A DNA stretch of 21,514 nucleotides from Hyphochytrium catenoides (taxonomy: Eukaryota > Protista > Hyphochytriomycota), in NCBI GenBank assembly GCA_900088475.1. It is one part of the record FLMG01000242.1 of this genome. One strand, 5' to 3'. The translations under genes were made by a program, and so were the position numbers. Below the pieces are notes generated by a model. That model was not told the DNA's origin and did not search any database. It saw only the letters and a program-made list of their open reading frames with translations. Position 1 is the first letter of the stretch. The number at the start of each line of letters is the position of its first letter. Shown piece by piece: positions 21,377 to 21,514 of the stretch.

Positions 21377-21514
21377 AGCCAGTGAAGCGAGGGAGCATCA
21401 GGCAGTTGCCAGTTGATCTTAAAAGATTCTCCTCTTGCGGAGGACATTCAAGGTAGATTGAGGGTCTGAGTCTAGCAGGAGGAGGCACAATGAAGCGCCG
21501 CCTAGATGCAAGGC

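Noticed and set aside
21419-21514. Minus-strand LLLLDSDPQSTLNV resembling the ParA/Soj DxDPQ motif
   Set aside because: A stop follows within about ten codons and no Walker A is visible in the window, so it is likely chance.

Overview
Intron-rich eukaryotic genomic DNA whose introns are filled with (CT)n/(GA)n tracts, with four N gaps. The organism is probably not a dikaryan fungus: the dCMP deaminase is the short animal/plant/protist type, and a protist, possibly a stramenopile, is my inference. Manual GT-AG splicing gives four frame-consistent gene models. (1) ABCG/White-type half transporter, + strand, 2629-10120, 20 exons, about 822 aa. (2) dCMP deaminase, + strand, 11271-13451, 9 exons, about 210 aa. 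(3) Dgk1-like CTP-dependent lipid kinase, - strand, 15619-13598, 6 exons, about 295 aa. (4) An uncharacterised protein with three ~43-aa helical repeats, + strand, 17088-20317, 7 exons, about 336 aa. A possible 3' end of another gene lies on the - strand at the right edge. The most unusual part is bases 1-1780: a minus-strand gene relic whose reading frame is broken almost only by TAA/TAG, with TpA enrichment and retained CpG. This is a RIP-like CpA->TpA pattern in what looks like a non-fungal genome. Most ORFs in the supplied track are microsatellite artefacts. All models and counts were made by hand and lack transcript or database support.
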